A stretch of 62,994 bases of DNA, filler included, from Octopus bimaculoides (GCF_001194135.2; 5 parts of 5 records of this genome joined end to end with filler, not necessarily neighbours in it); one strand, 5' to 3'; shown: positions 1-13,974, numbered from the whole stretch's first letter. The notes: generated by a model not told the origin, from the letters alone. Made by a program: numbers and translations.

Positions 1-66
<66 letters not shown>

Positions 67-827
67 ACACACACGCACTTATTTATGTGCGCGTGTGTGT
101 GTGTGAAAACAATCATGTACATGCACATACATCTACACATATATATATATAACCGGATATGTATGTATTTATATGTGACCGAATATGCACACAGGAACAC
201 CCCCGAGACACGTATGCACACACAATAACTAAAATACTACAAAAACTAACCTTGTATGCTAAGAATATTGTGATCTGACTATGACCTGAAGCCTGCAGAT
301 AAAATGGAACAATGAAAAGCGACCTATACAGACGCCATTGTACTATATTTCATTATTCACACTTTCATTCAACCCTGCCTATCCTAAAAATCATGAACGA
401 ATACTTGAAAATCTTTCTACTTCAACGAATCGGTATTTTCTCATTTTTTTCAACTTCAACAAATAAATTTTTCTTAATAAGAAATGCAAAAAATTAAGAA
501 GTAGTTTCTTCGTCACTTCAATTAATTTTATATTTTTCTATCACGACATTAAAATTTCACGAGATTATGTCTAATAGAGTTCAGATGTTGCCTAAATATT
601 GGCTTTAAATTTTGGCAGAAGGCCAGCAAATTTTAGGGGAAAGGGTAAGTTGATTAAATCGACACTAGTGTTCAACTCGTAGTTATTAAACGAGAAAAGT
701 TGATCTCGGTGGAAATTGAAGACAAAATGTAAAAATGGATCACTTAGCATTTTGCCTGGCGTGCTAACGATTGTCAGTCGCCGCCTTTAACTACCCAAAT
801 ATTATTTTATTTAACCCTTTAAGGCCG

Positions 828-925
828 AGTGTGGCTTATTGACACAACATGATTTGTTCCACAGAAGACGGATGTGGCTTATTGACACACTGTTAAATTC
901 TGAAGAAGACGGGTGTGGCATATGA
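828..925. repeat. Short direct repeat (~43-nt spacing) of gaagacgg(a/g)tgtggcttattgacaca
   Basis: tgtggcttattgacaca occurs twice, with a partial third copy. Confidence 0.6.
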
Positions 926-3311
926 GCCACATTTGTCTTATAAGCTATTTGATTGAATATCGTCTTGTATATTTTTCCTTTCTTTTTTTTTTTTTGCGTC
1001 CCGCATGAAAAAACTTGCTATTTATACCGACCTTTTATCCTTTTTATCTGTTTATTTGTTTCAGTCATTGGTCTGCGGCCATGCTGGGATACCGTCAGGA
1101 AGGGTCTTGTCGAATAAATCGACCCCTGCACTTTTCTTTAAGTTTGGCACTCATTCTGTGGGCTTCTTTTAGCGACCCGCTTAGTTACGTGGACGAAAAC
1201 AAACCACCACCAGTTGTTAAGCGGTAGTGGGGACAAACACAAACACGCACAACGGGTTTCTTCAATTTCTGTCTTCCAAATCCACTCACATTGCTTTGAC
1301 CAACTCGAGGCTGCCACTCGAAGCCATGTGGCTGGGAAGCAAAATTCGGATCTAGTTTTTTTCATTCGCAAAATATGCATTTTTTTTTAAAGGCAGTAAA
1401 ATATCTGAAAATCGGCTATAATAATAAAGTTTTCCAGTCTAATTGCTATGAAGGTATGATGTTGTGGAGAAAAAAATTGGAGGGAAAAGTTATAGAGGTT
1501 TAAAAATCGAAAAACTGCGTATTTATAGCCAATAGCGAGACAGAAATTTTCTGCGTTTAGCTGAATGGTGTCAACTTTAAGGTTGTACCCTGTGAAATTT
1601 AAAGTTTAGCGTCTGTGAAATGACCTCTTCATTGTAGGTTTCTAAATAAACAGAAAAACCTAATAAAACCAACATGTATCATCTTACTGTTTCTTTTGTC
1701 TCTTCATTGATTGTATGTTTTTATTATTTTTTTAAAATTTGTAATATCAATATATTTGTCCGCATGTGTTTAATTTATGCGTATTTCAGTATTATGATTA
1801 CCTGTCATGTATTTGTGTACATCATTAATATATAAGTGTGTGTGCGCGCGCGCGTGAAAAGGGGGCGTCTGTCTCCAAAACTTCGAAGTTGAGTAACGTT
1901 ATGATGCTTGGATTTGTAAACTACGATAAGGATAACACAAGTCAACAAAGAATTTGTCCCAAGAAAAAGATTACCTGTATCTTATGTTTTTGCATGCAGA
2001 ATTCAAAAATAATGTCAAATTATCTATACTAAGTTCACATATTCCATTCACCTTCATAGTGTCAAGAAACTGTATAAACATCGCAAGCAACTTTTGCTAT
2101 ATATGAAAAATATGTAAAATGTTAAGACAATTGGCGATAAATATCTATAATAAAATTCTAATTGATAAATATAAATTTTTATTGAAACAAAACACGCGGG
2201 TGAAGTAAATCTCGTGGTTTGCGAGTGGAACACAACACAATGTGCGATTGTCGTGGTAACAAGCTGTTAATGCCTCGCTGTCTGTTGACTGGCTAAAATT
2301 ACCCAAATTTCCCAATTTTAATTCCAAATAACATCAGATCCTTTAATTTACGAGATAAAGTAATTGGTTGATTGTAATCAAAATTCAGAGTTGCATCGAT
2401 ACACCAAAAATGAAAGCAATCTGAGCAAAATTAAAGGGGCATCATTTTGCGAATGAAAAAGGCTAGATCTCCAACTTCTTACCACACAGCCACGCCTGCG
2501 CCACTGAGGCTTTTTTTTTTGTTCGTTTTTGTAATAAGGAATGAATGAAATCAGTTGTATTAATCATACTGGTGGCTGGATCGGTTCAATGATGAGCATT
2601 TAAGCGTTAGGACAACACAACGTCCGATTCATTGAAATTGACGTGTAAAATGGCTGAACATTCTCCACACACTTGTGCTCTCAATGTCCGAATCAGAGTG
2701 ACACAGCATCTGACAAAACTAAACCTTTGAATTGCAGGTGCACGCCATTCGACGGGATTTCACAGTTTCCAACAAGCCAATTTCGCTCACGAGGCATGAG
2801 TCTTGTGGTTGTACTAAAGACACTTGCCCAGCGCGAGCAAGTGTGTTTACTGCCCACGGCTGTAAAGTAAGGTTGTAGTAATGAAAGTGCCCAAGATGTC
2901 ACGCAATCGGAATGTACTAAAGACATTTGACCAAGATGCCATGCAGGCTATGGAATCGAACCTAGAACTCATGATTACAAAGCCTAACTTCTTAACTATT
3001 AAGCCATACTAAAACCTTAACCTTAATTCTTTCTTCTATCATTTAAAGAAAAAATAAATTATGACAACGAACTCCTTCACTGACGTGACGCAAAGCTCAT
3101 TAACGGTTCAGTGAAGTTACTTTAGAGACCCCAGATGACTAAAATGAAAATTGTAGGGATTTGAACTCAAAGAAGAAAAACGAAATGCTTTTTTTTTTGT
3201 CCAGGCTACTGATTCCGCTATTCCTTCCACTCACGGAATATTTAAGTCATGTATATAATATTCTATGGACCCCTTTATTATATATTTGGAAAGGAATGCA
3301 TTATATAGATA

Positions 3312-4520
3312 TGTAGTGAAATTACCTATCGTCACTAGATACAAAACTGCTATCGCCATTCTTCTCATTTAAATATAAACAAACGCGAACGTAGGGGAAA
3401 ACACCAGCCTTGTCATCACGTGACTGATTATTATTTGAAGCGGCAAATTCTTCGAACCGTTCCCGCCAGAACGCAAACTGACCAATCACAGCCCTTAATA
3501 AGGTCACGTGATAGAGTATATTTCTGATGTCTGGTGAGCCGATAATACGCTATAAATAGATTAACTCATACCCGGCCAAATTTGTCTCGGTCCAGTTTCT
3601 CTTTGAGATCTGTTCCGTGTACCACACGACAGCAGCAGCAACAATCAGCCAGTGACCACTTCAACAGCTTCGTCCAGCCAACGATGACCACCGCCGTCGC
3701 CACATCAGCAACAAGAGTCTACGACTACTATCCAGCAACATCGTCATGACCAACACGATTACTACCAAGCATCAATCTCCACCAGCGACAACACGACTTT
3801 CTATGTACACCAAACTAAACCACCGCGGCACACATCTCTCTCTTCGATTCTGTTAGGTGACTTAGCTTCACCACGATAATAAACAGACAAGAGATCTCAG
3901 CCTGCGATAAACGTCTGTCCTCAAGGCCCTGGTATCGAAGCCAAAACACAACTAGTGATAAGCTCTGCCAAACGACGAACGACGAACATCTGTATAACNN
4001 NNNNNNNNNNNNNNNNNNNNNNNNNNNNNNNNNNNNNNNNNNNNNNNNNNNNNNNNNNNNNNNNNNNNNNNNNNNNNNNNNNNNNNNNNNNNNNNNNNNN
4101 NNNNNNNNNNNNNNNNNNNNNNNNNNNNNNNNNNNNNNNNNNNNNNNNNNNNNNNNNNNNNNNNNNNNNNACTCTTTCTATTTGCTGTAATAACTCACAT
4201 ACACATACATGTATCACTCACATACACACTTTTCTTTGTACGACGGCCTGTCTTTGATTATGTTCTTATATGTCGCATTCACACTCTCACACAGACATAC
4301 ATCTTTAACGCCATAATAAATATCTCTGTTATTCATCTAATACGGTTGTGGTCTTTCATTACTGGTCATCTATGTTATCGTAGCATAACATATGTATATC
4401 ATCATATCTGATATATATATTTTGTGTTCGACCGTGTGACGCGTTTAAATAAAAGGAGTCCTCTGTTTTTCCATTCGTCACCATTTCTCCTTTTGTGAGT
4501 TCGCACGGTCGTTCCTTACA
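3312..4520 (+). mobile_element. Probable solo LTR (Gypsy-like), N gap 3999-4170 inside
   Basis: TGTA...TACA termini, each flanked by GATA (4-bp TSD); internal CCAAT, E-boxes, TATAAATA and AATAAA. Confidence 0.6.
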
Positions 4521-5125
4521 GATACATAACCACATAAACATATATATCCTACATGCAGATACTGTCTTTTCTTTTACATTATCGCAAAAGGATAATTCTC
4601 ACACATAAATGAAAGCAAATATTTCCCTGCCCTGTTAATATAATATATCCGGTATCAAAAATAAAACTTATGTACTGAATACAGTATAGCGTACGTAACA
4701 AAAGCGACAATTCAGTGGTCGGTTCAACTGTAACCTCAATATCAAACAAGTCTTACATGGTTGTTGAGCAATTTCTATTGCTTTCTGGTGAATTTGTGTT
4801 CATTCAAATTAATAAACATTTTATTTTCTCAGAAATGTTGTGATTCAAGTTGAAACTATTTTCAGAGGACAACTTTTAATTGTTCATAATCATTAACAGG
4901 CAAATGTTTTCTGTCTTGTATTTGTCAACAAAACAACAGGTCAGTGGCATACAGCGGCTAGCTATATCAAGGAGAACATTTATTGCCAACGCGCGTCTAT
5001 TCGCTGCAACGTTTATTTTTATAACAATGCACCCTGATCATGACTTAAGTTACTTCGTTAAACGTATGTATGTGTGTGGAGAGATGTGTGTGTGTGTGTG
5101 TGTGTGTGCACGCGCGTGCACGCGT

Positions 5126-5170
<45 letters not shown>

Positions 5171-5770
5171 GAACAAGTTTCGTTTGCGTCTTTTTTTTGC
5201 ATTTATATTTTTACTGAAACAGCATTTTTCAATATTGTTCTTATGTAATCTGCAGACACTTCCTTAAGAAACATTATCCATAAAAGGCAAATAAGTGTGC
5301 AACTCAGTCATGTGTACAGTCTACGCAGATACGCCGAATTAAATAATATTCACCTTAGTTCATAAATAATATATTACAAATATGTTTAAGGCAGCGAGCT
5401 CGCAGAATTGTTTGCATGCCGGGGGAAAATGCTTTGCGGCATCTGGTCCGTATTTACGTTCTGAGTTCAAAATTTCGCCAAGGTTGACTTTTCCCTTCAT
5501 CGTTTCGGGGTCTATAAAATAAGTACCAGTTGAACACTGGGGTCGATGTAATCGACTAATACCCTCCCAACTTGTGCTAAAATTCGAAACCATTATTACG
5601 AATATATTTCCACATACAAGTAAGACTAAATGTAAAATTTTACCGGTAAAAGAAGCAAAATACCAATATAATTTTTAACTGTAAAAGTGTAATTCTAAAG
5701 ATTGAAAAAATTAGCAGTAAACGTGTACAATTTTAATACTTCAGTTGAATTATATTTCAGCTGCTATTGT

Positions 5771-6110
5771 GTGGAGGCGCAATGGCCCAGTGGTTAGGGC
5801 AGCGGACTCGCGGTCATAGGATCGCGGTTTCGATTCCCAAACCGGGCGTTGTGAGTGTTTATTGAGCGAAAACACCTAAAGCTCCACGAGGCTCCGGCAG
5901 GGGATGGTGGCGAACCCTGCTGTACTCTTTCACCACAACTTTCTCTCACTCTTACTTCCTGTTTCCGTTGTGCCTGTAATTCAAGGGGCCAGCTTTGTCA
6001 CACTGTGTCACGCTGAATATCCCCGAGAACTACGTTAAGGGTACACGTGTCTGTGGAGTACTCAGCCACTTGCACGTTAATTTCACGAGCAGGCTGTTCC
6101 AACAACAACT
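5771..6110 (+). mobile_element. tRNA-derived SINE, family C (gtggaggcgcaatggcccagtgg...)
   Basis: A/B-box head; recurs at 17244, 35872, 58395 and 59819. Confidence 0.9.
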
Positions 6111-6114
6111 ACTA

Positions 6115-6480
6115 ATGTAATCATGGGCAAAAAAATAGTGCCGGGAGAAAGGTTTTCTTTAAAGAGATACAGTTGTGATGACTAGTTGAGGAGGAGTTGT
6201 AGATGCAACAGATAGTCATGCTGGATGGTATTCAATTTACTAATTCAGAGGGAAAGGATTCGTAATGATAGAAAGGACAAGGAAATCTCAACGATTCCAT
6301 ACACCAATATTTGTGAAGTTTTTGGAAAAGTTTTCCAATACTTAATAGATATCTCTTGAATAAGTTTTGAATATTTGTAAGTGTAGCAGTTGCACTAAGT
6401 CTCATATAAGTGCAGTATTCTAATTTGGGTCATATTTGCGTTTTAAACAAGGGACAAAAATTGATTAGAAATGAAATATT
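6115..6480 (-). mobile_element. Highly decayed LINE reverse-transcriptase fragment (CR1/L2/Jockey-like)
   Basis: Broken frames with remnants resembling the GVPQGS and FADD regions. Confidence 0.35.
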
Positions 6481-6615
6481 TTCCGGTCCTGAATAGGAAA
6501 CTGAGCTTTAAGTATGCCGTTTTTTTTTGTTTATTATTATTATTACTTTTTTTTGCCAGTGTTATGAACGTTTGATTGTCATGAAAGTTCATTCGAGATT
6601 AACATCTTTAATTAT

Positions 6616-7434
6616 AGATCGGGGACCTTTATGATTTGACGGGCAACATTTTTTTATGTAGTGTTTTTGGTACCGAAACACTTTCACACTTCGTATACTT
6701 GTATATTTTGTGGTATAGAACAGATAACAATTTTTGTATTCGAAGTTATTTCACGTTAAAAATTGTCTTATTTCGATAATTTCAACTAATCACTGACGTC
6801 TATTCAGTTGAATACAGTTAGTGCTGTGACGGTGTATATGGTATTAATCCCCGTTAGTTTTGACATTTCCAATTAACTAGACTGTTCGTAAACAAAGGGG
6901 AAAAAGCCATCAAAATACTTGAATATTGCCTGCACTTGTTATTGGAGCTGGCAGAATTANNNNNNNNNNNNNNNNNNNNNNNNNNNNNNNNNNNNNNNNN
7001 NNNNNNNNNNNNNNNNNNNNNNNNNNNNNNNNNNNNNNNNNNNNNNNNNNNNNNNNNNNNNNNNNNNNNNNNNNNNNNNNNNNNNNNNNNNNNNNNNNNN
7101 NNNNNNNNNNNNNNNNNNNNNNNNNNNNAAACCCTAAACCCTTACTAGGGAATAATGTTATAATTAAACAGGGAATAACACTCTTAACACCGGTAAAAAT
7201 TATTGTTTATAAAAAGAGCACTGACTGTATTCAGCTGAATAGACGTCAGTGATTGGTTGAAATTACAGAAATACGACAACTTTAACATGAAATAACTTGC
7301 GATGTACAATTTTTTGTTAAGAAGGCTAAGAGAAAAAGTTGTTTTGTATGACACATTCTACCAGTGTCCCAAGTTTGAAAGTGTTTCGTTAAGAAAACAA
7401 GTGTTGCCCGTCAAATCATAAAGATCCCAGATCT
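6616..7434. mobile_element. Non-autonomous DNA transposon with long degenerate TIRs
   Basis: agatcggggacctttatgatttgacgggcaaca vs tgttgcccgtcaaatcataaagatcccagatct; second inverted block ~6751-6830 vs ~7217-7298. Confidence 0.8.
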
Positions 7435-9364
7435 GTTTGATTATAGCCGAACTGAGGCTAAATAACATCTTTGATGGTTTTAACAGTGCTGCTTGTGAAT
7501 AAGGAGAGTGCAGTGTTGCGAGACGGTTTCCTCGATATATGACTGCTTATTATTATTATCATTATTATTGTTGTTGTTGTTGTTGTTAAAGCAGCGAGCT
7601 GGCAGATTCGTTAGCACGCTGGACGAAATGCTCAGCGGTATTTCGCCCGTCGCTCCGATCTGAGTTCAAATTCCACGGAGGTCGACTTTACCTCTCATCC
7701 TTTCGGGGTCGATAAATTAAGTACCAGTTGAACGCTGGGGTCGATGTAATCGACTCATTCCCTCCCCAAAATGGCTCCTCTTGTGATAAAATTAGGAACT
7801 ATTACTATTATTATTATTATTATTATTATTATTTGTGATATTAAAGAAAACTAGATTGTCGTGTCCCATTTGGGAAATGTTTCCGAAAAATATGTCCATG
7901 GAAGTTTTACAAGCCTGGCGAGGCCTGCCTATGCTGTACTGAATTATACTTGTACCCAGAGGATTTAAGTGTGAACGAGTGTGAAGGATGGTATCATCTG
8001 TGAAGAAGAATATGTTGTATGACAAAGCAGCAAGGTTGTTACTTTATTGACGAGAGAACGTGGAAGCTATAAACAAACTCAAAAGCACGTACTATATATA
8101 ATAGAATGTGGTTGAAAATGCATGAAAACTTCCAATTCAAGTGAGAAATAGGTGGAGCCCATAGGCAGACAACTTATCTAGGATGGATCACACCAAATAT
8201 GAATGAATGTTTTCCAAATACCAAAAACAACTCCAAAGTTCATGTGTTACTTGTATAATCATCTTGACTTGATTAACAGGAAGGAGAAGTGTTACATGTC
8301 AGTAGAAATCCTCTTGGTAAAGTTGTCGTAGATTCTGTTACAATTTAGGAAATGAAATAACCTCGTTTACTTTCCTCGTTGTTATATCTTGCAGGTGTTG
8401 ATGACAGTGATTGGTTTCCTTCATATTTTCCACTCTTCTTCGCTTGTATAGTTTTTTTCTGAACTATTCAGGTGTTATAAGGTTGACTATGGTTGTGGAG
8501 AGACATCTTTAAGAAGTCAGTAGACAAGTCGCCCAGTTAGACATGGGTAATGGGGAGCTATTTTACTCTCAAGAAAAGTTGACAAATAATATTTTACACG
8601 TTTAAGGCGGCGAGCTGGCAGGAACGTTAGCACACCGGGCGAAATGTTTAGCGGAATTTTGTCTGTCTTTACGTTCTGAGTTCAAATTCCGCTGAGGTCG
8701 ACTTTGCTTTTCATCCTTTCGGGGTCAATAAATTAAGTACCAGTTGCGTACTCGGGTCAATTTAATCGACTGGCCCCCTCTCTGAAACTTCGGGCCTTGT
8801 GCTTAGAGTAGAAAAGAATATTTTACACTTTTTATGTCTTTTTTTTTTAGTTTTCTTTCTACCCTCTTTTTCCTTCTAACTGTTACTACTTGTAGTACAC
8901 ATAATAATAGACTTCCGCGACGACTTACTAGTTGATCAGAAATGGCTTACATATGCACACGGAGATTGCTATTCAAATACACGGGTGCGGAAATGCACTT
9001 ACACATGCACACATCTGTCTTTCTACACACAGTCATCCACACACACACTCACACGCGCGCGCACGAATAGATATCTAGAACATCTGTTTATTTTGTACTG
9101 GACACTCTTTCAAAGTAGAACAAAATATTCGTCAGCGACAACATTCGTTGATAAGGTACAGATGGAGAAAAATAGAGATAGAAATTAGGCTATTAAAAAT
9201 AGATTTCTTAATACTTTAAATCTATGTAGCTTTTTGTACTTTATTGGGTTTCAGTATCAATGTTTCAGTATCATAAGAACTTCAGTGAAATTTATTGGGC
9301 GTCGGTTGTTTCTGAGATAACAAAAGTCATTGTATAGGATTGTAACCTAACATAAACACCAGGC

Positions 9365-9790
9365 ATTTCTTTGCAGATGATATAGCTCGTTACACCTTAA
9401 CCTTCAACGACCTTTAGTCGAGACACTGCTTATCCAACCTGCCCATTCCAATGAACAGAAACTTGGAAAACATTTCTCTCTTCTAACAGTTCAAAGAAAT
9501 CTCTGCGCTTATCAAAGAAACGATCTTTTACCTCCCTCTTCTCTTGGACAACACTAAATTAAAATCTCAAAGCAGATTCAACAGCCATGCATTACAATCT
9601 CTTATGATCTTTTCTGACGGCCCCACATCCATAGTGCAGCTAAAAACTGTAAGACCTTTCAATACTCAGAGTCAGAAATTACTTCAGCACTGATCGCTTA
9701 CTATTCTTGTGAGAAATTTAAGCGAAAATCTCGCCTGTGGTGAGATGCCAAAATTTTAACCACCGGGCCATTGATCTGCAGGAATGTCGA
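9365..9790 (+). mobile_element. Decayed LINE RT fragment
   Basis: FADDI motif at ~9370, then broken frames. Confidence 0.45.
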
Positions 9791-10479
9791 CCACGGATTC
9801 TGTATAAAAGACTCTAAATTTTATAATAAAATATAATTTCACTAAAATACTACTTTATTAATATAATATTAAGATACTAGCGGGACCCATGAATATTTCA
9901 CGGAATTAATGGTAAACCTATTAGGTTATTTCTGAAAACTTTATTCAGAAAACCTGAAAGCGAAGCCTGTGTTGTGTCTTATTCCCTTTTTCTGTCTCCT
10001 TTTTCTTTCTCCTCTCTTTCCATTCAACTAATCACTTGAAAGCGTTACAATTACATTCCCTCTACCTCACGTCATGGGCGCTACTCTCTCTCTTTTTTTC
10101 TCTCTTTCTCTTTTTTTTTCTCCCTCTTTTTCTCTAACTACGTGAAGCAGAATTTTTACAAGATGATAAAATCTGGAATCAAAGAAAACTGGTGGTGGAA
10201 ACTGATGAAGGAAATTGTTTTTGCCAAAGCTCAGTCAATGTACATTTGGGGAATTCGGGTAAAGTTATTTTGCCGTACGGATTATAGGGTATAACGTTTC
10301 ACCGCTTTGGCCCCTTTGTCCGAGAATGAGGAAATTAAGGTGAAAAATGAAGACGAGAGTTAAGCCAAAGAAGTGTATTAGTACAACCGTTCATTTATAT
10401 AGAGAGACAAAGGTACATTTCCTCACTATCATCACGGTAAATAAACTTTACCAAACTCCCGAACTTAATATTAAAATAG

Positions 10480-10845
10480 AGCTTACCAACCACATGGTTC
10501 CGGGTTCAGTCCCACTGCGTGGCACCTTGGGCAGGTGTCTTCTACTATAGCCTCGGGCCGACCAAAGCCTTGTGAGTGGATTTGGTAGACGGAAACTGAA
10601 AGAAGCCCGTCGTATATATGTATATATATGTATGTGTGTCTGTGTTTGTCTCCCCACCATCGCTTGACAACCGATGCTGGTGTGCTTACGTCCCCGTAAC
10701 TTAGCGGTTCGGCAAAAAGAGACCGATAGAATAAGTACCAGGCTTCCAAAGAATAAGTCCTGGGGTCGATTTGCTCGACTAAAGGCGGTGCTTCAGCATG
10801 GCCGCAGTCAAATGACTGAGACAAGTAAAAGAGTAAAAAAGAGTA
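10480..10845 (+). mobile_element. tRNA-derived SINE, family B (CORE-like ccttgggcaagtgtcttc), near full length
   Basis: Other copies at about 1040-1340(-), 12955-13390(-), 25890-26020(-), 26700-26800(-), 30830-31110(-), 33730-33960(+), 43955-44050(-), 45160-45515(-), 49130-49840(-), 53390-53720(-), 58000-58150(+). Confidence 0.9.
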
Positions 10846-11109
10846 TAGCAAACATAATGATTAACTTCCACTTCAAAACATTAAAAGTCAACTGAACTCC
10901 TAGCGTGAGTGGGCGGAGTCAATTCTTCCAGCCTGGTTGTGTTTTGCGTCCTACAAAAATGTTAACTACCAGTTCTCATTTTAAAACACTTCATTTTATA
11001 TCACCGTTGAGTATTACAACTTTTCTTGGGGCGATGCCGTTGCCAACTTAACCACATCATAGTCTACATAAAAAAAAATCTTAATTATTGGTAAACGTAT
11101 TAATTTAAT

Positions 11110-11320
11110 CAATGCACTACAGTTTATGGCCCGCACACGTGTTCTATCGTCAGTACTCTATCGTTACTGTACTTTCTTCTTACCTAAATCAGTTTGTTGT
11201 ACCCTCACCTCGGGCCTCTGACACACCCGTCCCTCATGCTCTCGTTACCATTGCCGTCAGTTACTCATCAGGCCCCCACCTCCTTAAAACATCAACCTGC
11301 TGGAATTCTCTTCTTTCCCA
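11110..11320 (+). mobile_element. CR1/L2-like LINE 3' end
   Basis: FYRQY...VVPSP...CWNSLLSHV followed by a (GTT/ATT)n tail. Confidence 0.5.
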
Positions 11321-12180
11321 CGTTGTTGTTATTATTATTATAGTTGTTATTACTATTGTTGGTTAGCACTAATTGGACTCAGGGACAATTTTGGAACAAG
11401 GAGTTGTATAGACGATTTTTTAAAGGTTCAGTCAGAGAAGGAAGAGCAACACCAATGACTTCTTTCAGGGCCTGCTACACTGGGGGGGGGGGGCACACAA
11501 AAGGAAATCATCTCATACCGGAGGCATCGGTTTTTTCGCCGAAAAGGGGCTCTCGAGAATCATGTTGTGGTGTTAAACTGAGCGACGGAACTAAATATAA
11601 CATCTCAAGAACATTAACGGTCACTACGGCAGACTTCCATCCAATTTCTGTCAACCAAATTTCATTCACAAGGCTTTGGTCAACCTGAAGTTACGGTAGA
11701 AAGTACCGCGCAGAGGGAACAACTCAGAAACCAGGTAATGCGAAATGAATGTCTTAACTACATTGGTCTGTCTGCACTCCCTTTGACTCAACACCAATAA
11801 TCACCAATTGAACCTGAATTAAAGATGAAGCCGTCTCCATTTGTATTCTAACGTCATAGCCTGAAACTAAATATTGTACAGCCTTCACTCGCCACTTTAC
11901 AATTTAATTCGTTAATATCATTTGCTTACATATTCGTGCAGTCGGAGTACAGCCGAGTGAATCTATCTCGCAACATACTCCGTACTTATTTGATCGACAG
12001 TGGAAGAATAAAAGAGGAGTGTTTGCTAATATTAGGGGAAAGGGGTAACTCAATCAACTGGTACTTATTTTATCGAATCCGAAAGGATGAAAAGCAAAGT
12101 CGACCCCGGCAGCATTTGAACCCAGAACGTAAAGATGGACGAACTGCCGTTAAGCACTGTGCCTGGCATACTAACGATTC

Positions 12181-12413
12181 TTATTTCTTTATTGCCCACA
12201 AGGGGCTAAACACAGAGGGGACAAACAAAGACAGACAAAGGGATTAAGTCGATTACATCGACCCCAGTGCGTAACTGGTACTTAATTTATCGACCCCGAA
12301 AGGATGAAAGGCAAAGTGGACCTCGGCGGAATTTGAACTCACAACGTAACGGCAGACAAAACACCGTTAAGCGTTTCGCCCGGCGTGCTAACGATTCTGC
12401 CAGTTCTCCGCCT
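12181..12413 (-). mobile_element. tRNA-derived SINE, family A (ggcggcgagctggcagaa...tcatcctttcggggtcgataaattaagtaccag), near full length
   Basis: Other copies at about 605-785(-), 5389-5590(+), 7589-7790(+), 8605-8810(+), 12030-12180(-), 13740-13935(-), 17900-18090(-), 22627-22790(+), 23030-23250(-), 32380-32560(+), 52441-52628(+), 59050-59300(-). Confidence 0.9.
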
Positions 12414-13974
12414 TAGTCTTTGCTAATATTACTTCTAATTAGGGCCTTGTGCCTAGAGTAGAAAAGGGTATTACTTCTAATTTATGCATAAGGCCAGCAA
12501 TTTTGAGAGAAAGTAGGTTAATCGAATACATCGATAGTAGCACTGGTATTTTATTTCATAGACCCTGGAAGAATGAAATGTAGGATTTGAAATCAGAATG
12601 TCGAACCAGAACAAATACCACTACGGTAGTTTTCATACGCTCTAATTATCCAGCTAGTTTCCTGTCTTCTGTGTTAGCTAACTAATATTGATATGAATTT
12701 TTTTTTTTAATTATCCAAGCTGTTGCTCCGTCACCATAACAGCAGTGACGTCTATCATAACCTGATACTGAAATAGTTTACATTTTTTTCCCTTTTCATA
12801 ATAATAATAGAGTCATACATGTCAAAACAGGTTGTCATCGATTTACCTGTTTGGCATTCCCTTTGACATTGCTTCTTAGAACACAAAGTTGACGGCGATA
12901 ACGATGGTATTCAAGTATAAATCTATTCAGAGGAATAAACACACATATAAAACTATTCTTTTATTTCTTTTACTTGTTTCAATCGTTAGGCTGTGGCCAT
13001 GCTGGGGCACTGCCTTGAAAAATTTTAGCTGACCGAATCGACTCCAGTACTTATTTTTTAAATCCGGTACTTACTCTATCGGTCTGTTTTGCTAGATTTC
13101 GGGGACATAAACAAACCAACACTAGCTGTCAAGTGGTGGTGGTGGAGGAAAACCTTATACACACACATATACGTACATACATACATACATACATACACAT
13201 ATTCACCCCCCACACACTCACATATGTATACGACGGGCATCTTTCAATTTCCGTCTACTAAATCCACTCAAGGCTTTGGTCGACCCCGAAGCCCTAGTAG
13301 AAGACATTTGTCTAAGGTACCACGCAGGGAGACTGAACCCGGAACCACGTGGTGGGCAAGCAAACCTCTTACCACACAGCCGTGCCTGTGTCTCTAGGTA
13401 ATATTTTGCCAAGTAAAGAAACAACAGTTGTTGCTTAATCCCAGATCTCCCTTGTGGGCGGACAATCGAAGATATTCCAATAATAACCAGCTCGTCTTAG
13501 TTATGACTATATTATGTAATGTGTACTTCTGTTTTTTGAGAGAGATTTGGCTAATATTTCTAGCAGGTCGAGTGACCTCGTAGATGCTCCGGTGTTGATT
13601 TGGACAACAGTTGTGTGAGTTAAATAGTTTGCATCTCTTATTCAAAATGTTGTCATCCTTTTCGGAAAACAATCTATTTTTAAAAACTTTATTTACAAGA
13701 GCCGACAAATAATGAGAAAAGCCTGAGAAAGATAAATAGATAATTTTTGGCACAAAGACAGCACTTCAGAGGGGAGGTACAAGTTAATTATATCGACCCT
13801 AGTACTATATTTTTTTCGATCTTGGAAGGAGGAAAGACACATTTGACCTCGGCAGAATTTGAACTCAGAACGTAAAGAGCTGGAAGAAATGTTGTTATGC
13901 ATGTGTCCGGTGCACTAACAATTCTACCAGCTCAATAATTTCTTTTATTTGCCAAAAACACAAGTTCAATGGTC

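Noticed and set aside
5771-5850. tRNA-like sequences (here and ~17244, 42551, 58395, 59819)
   Set aside because: SINE heads continuing into family bodies; no complete cloverleaf.
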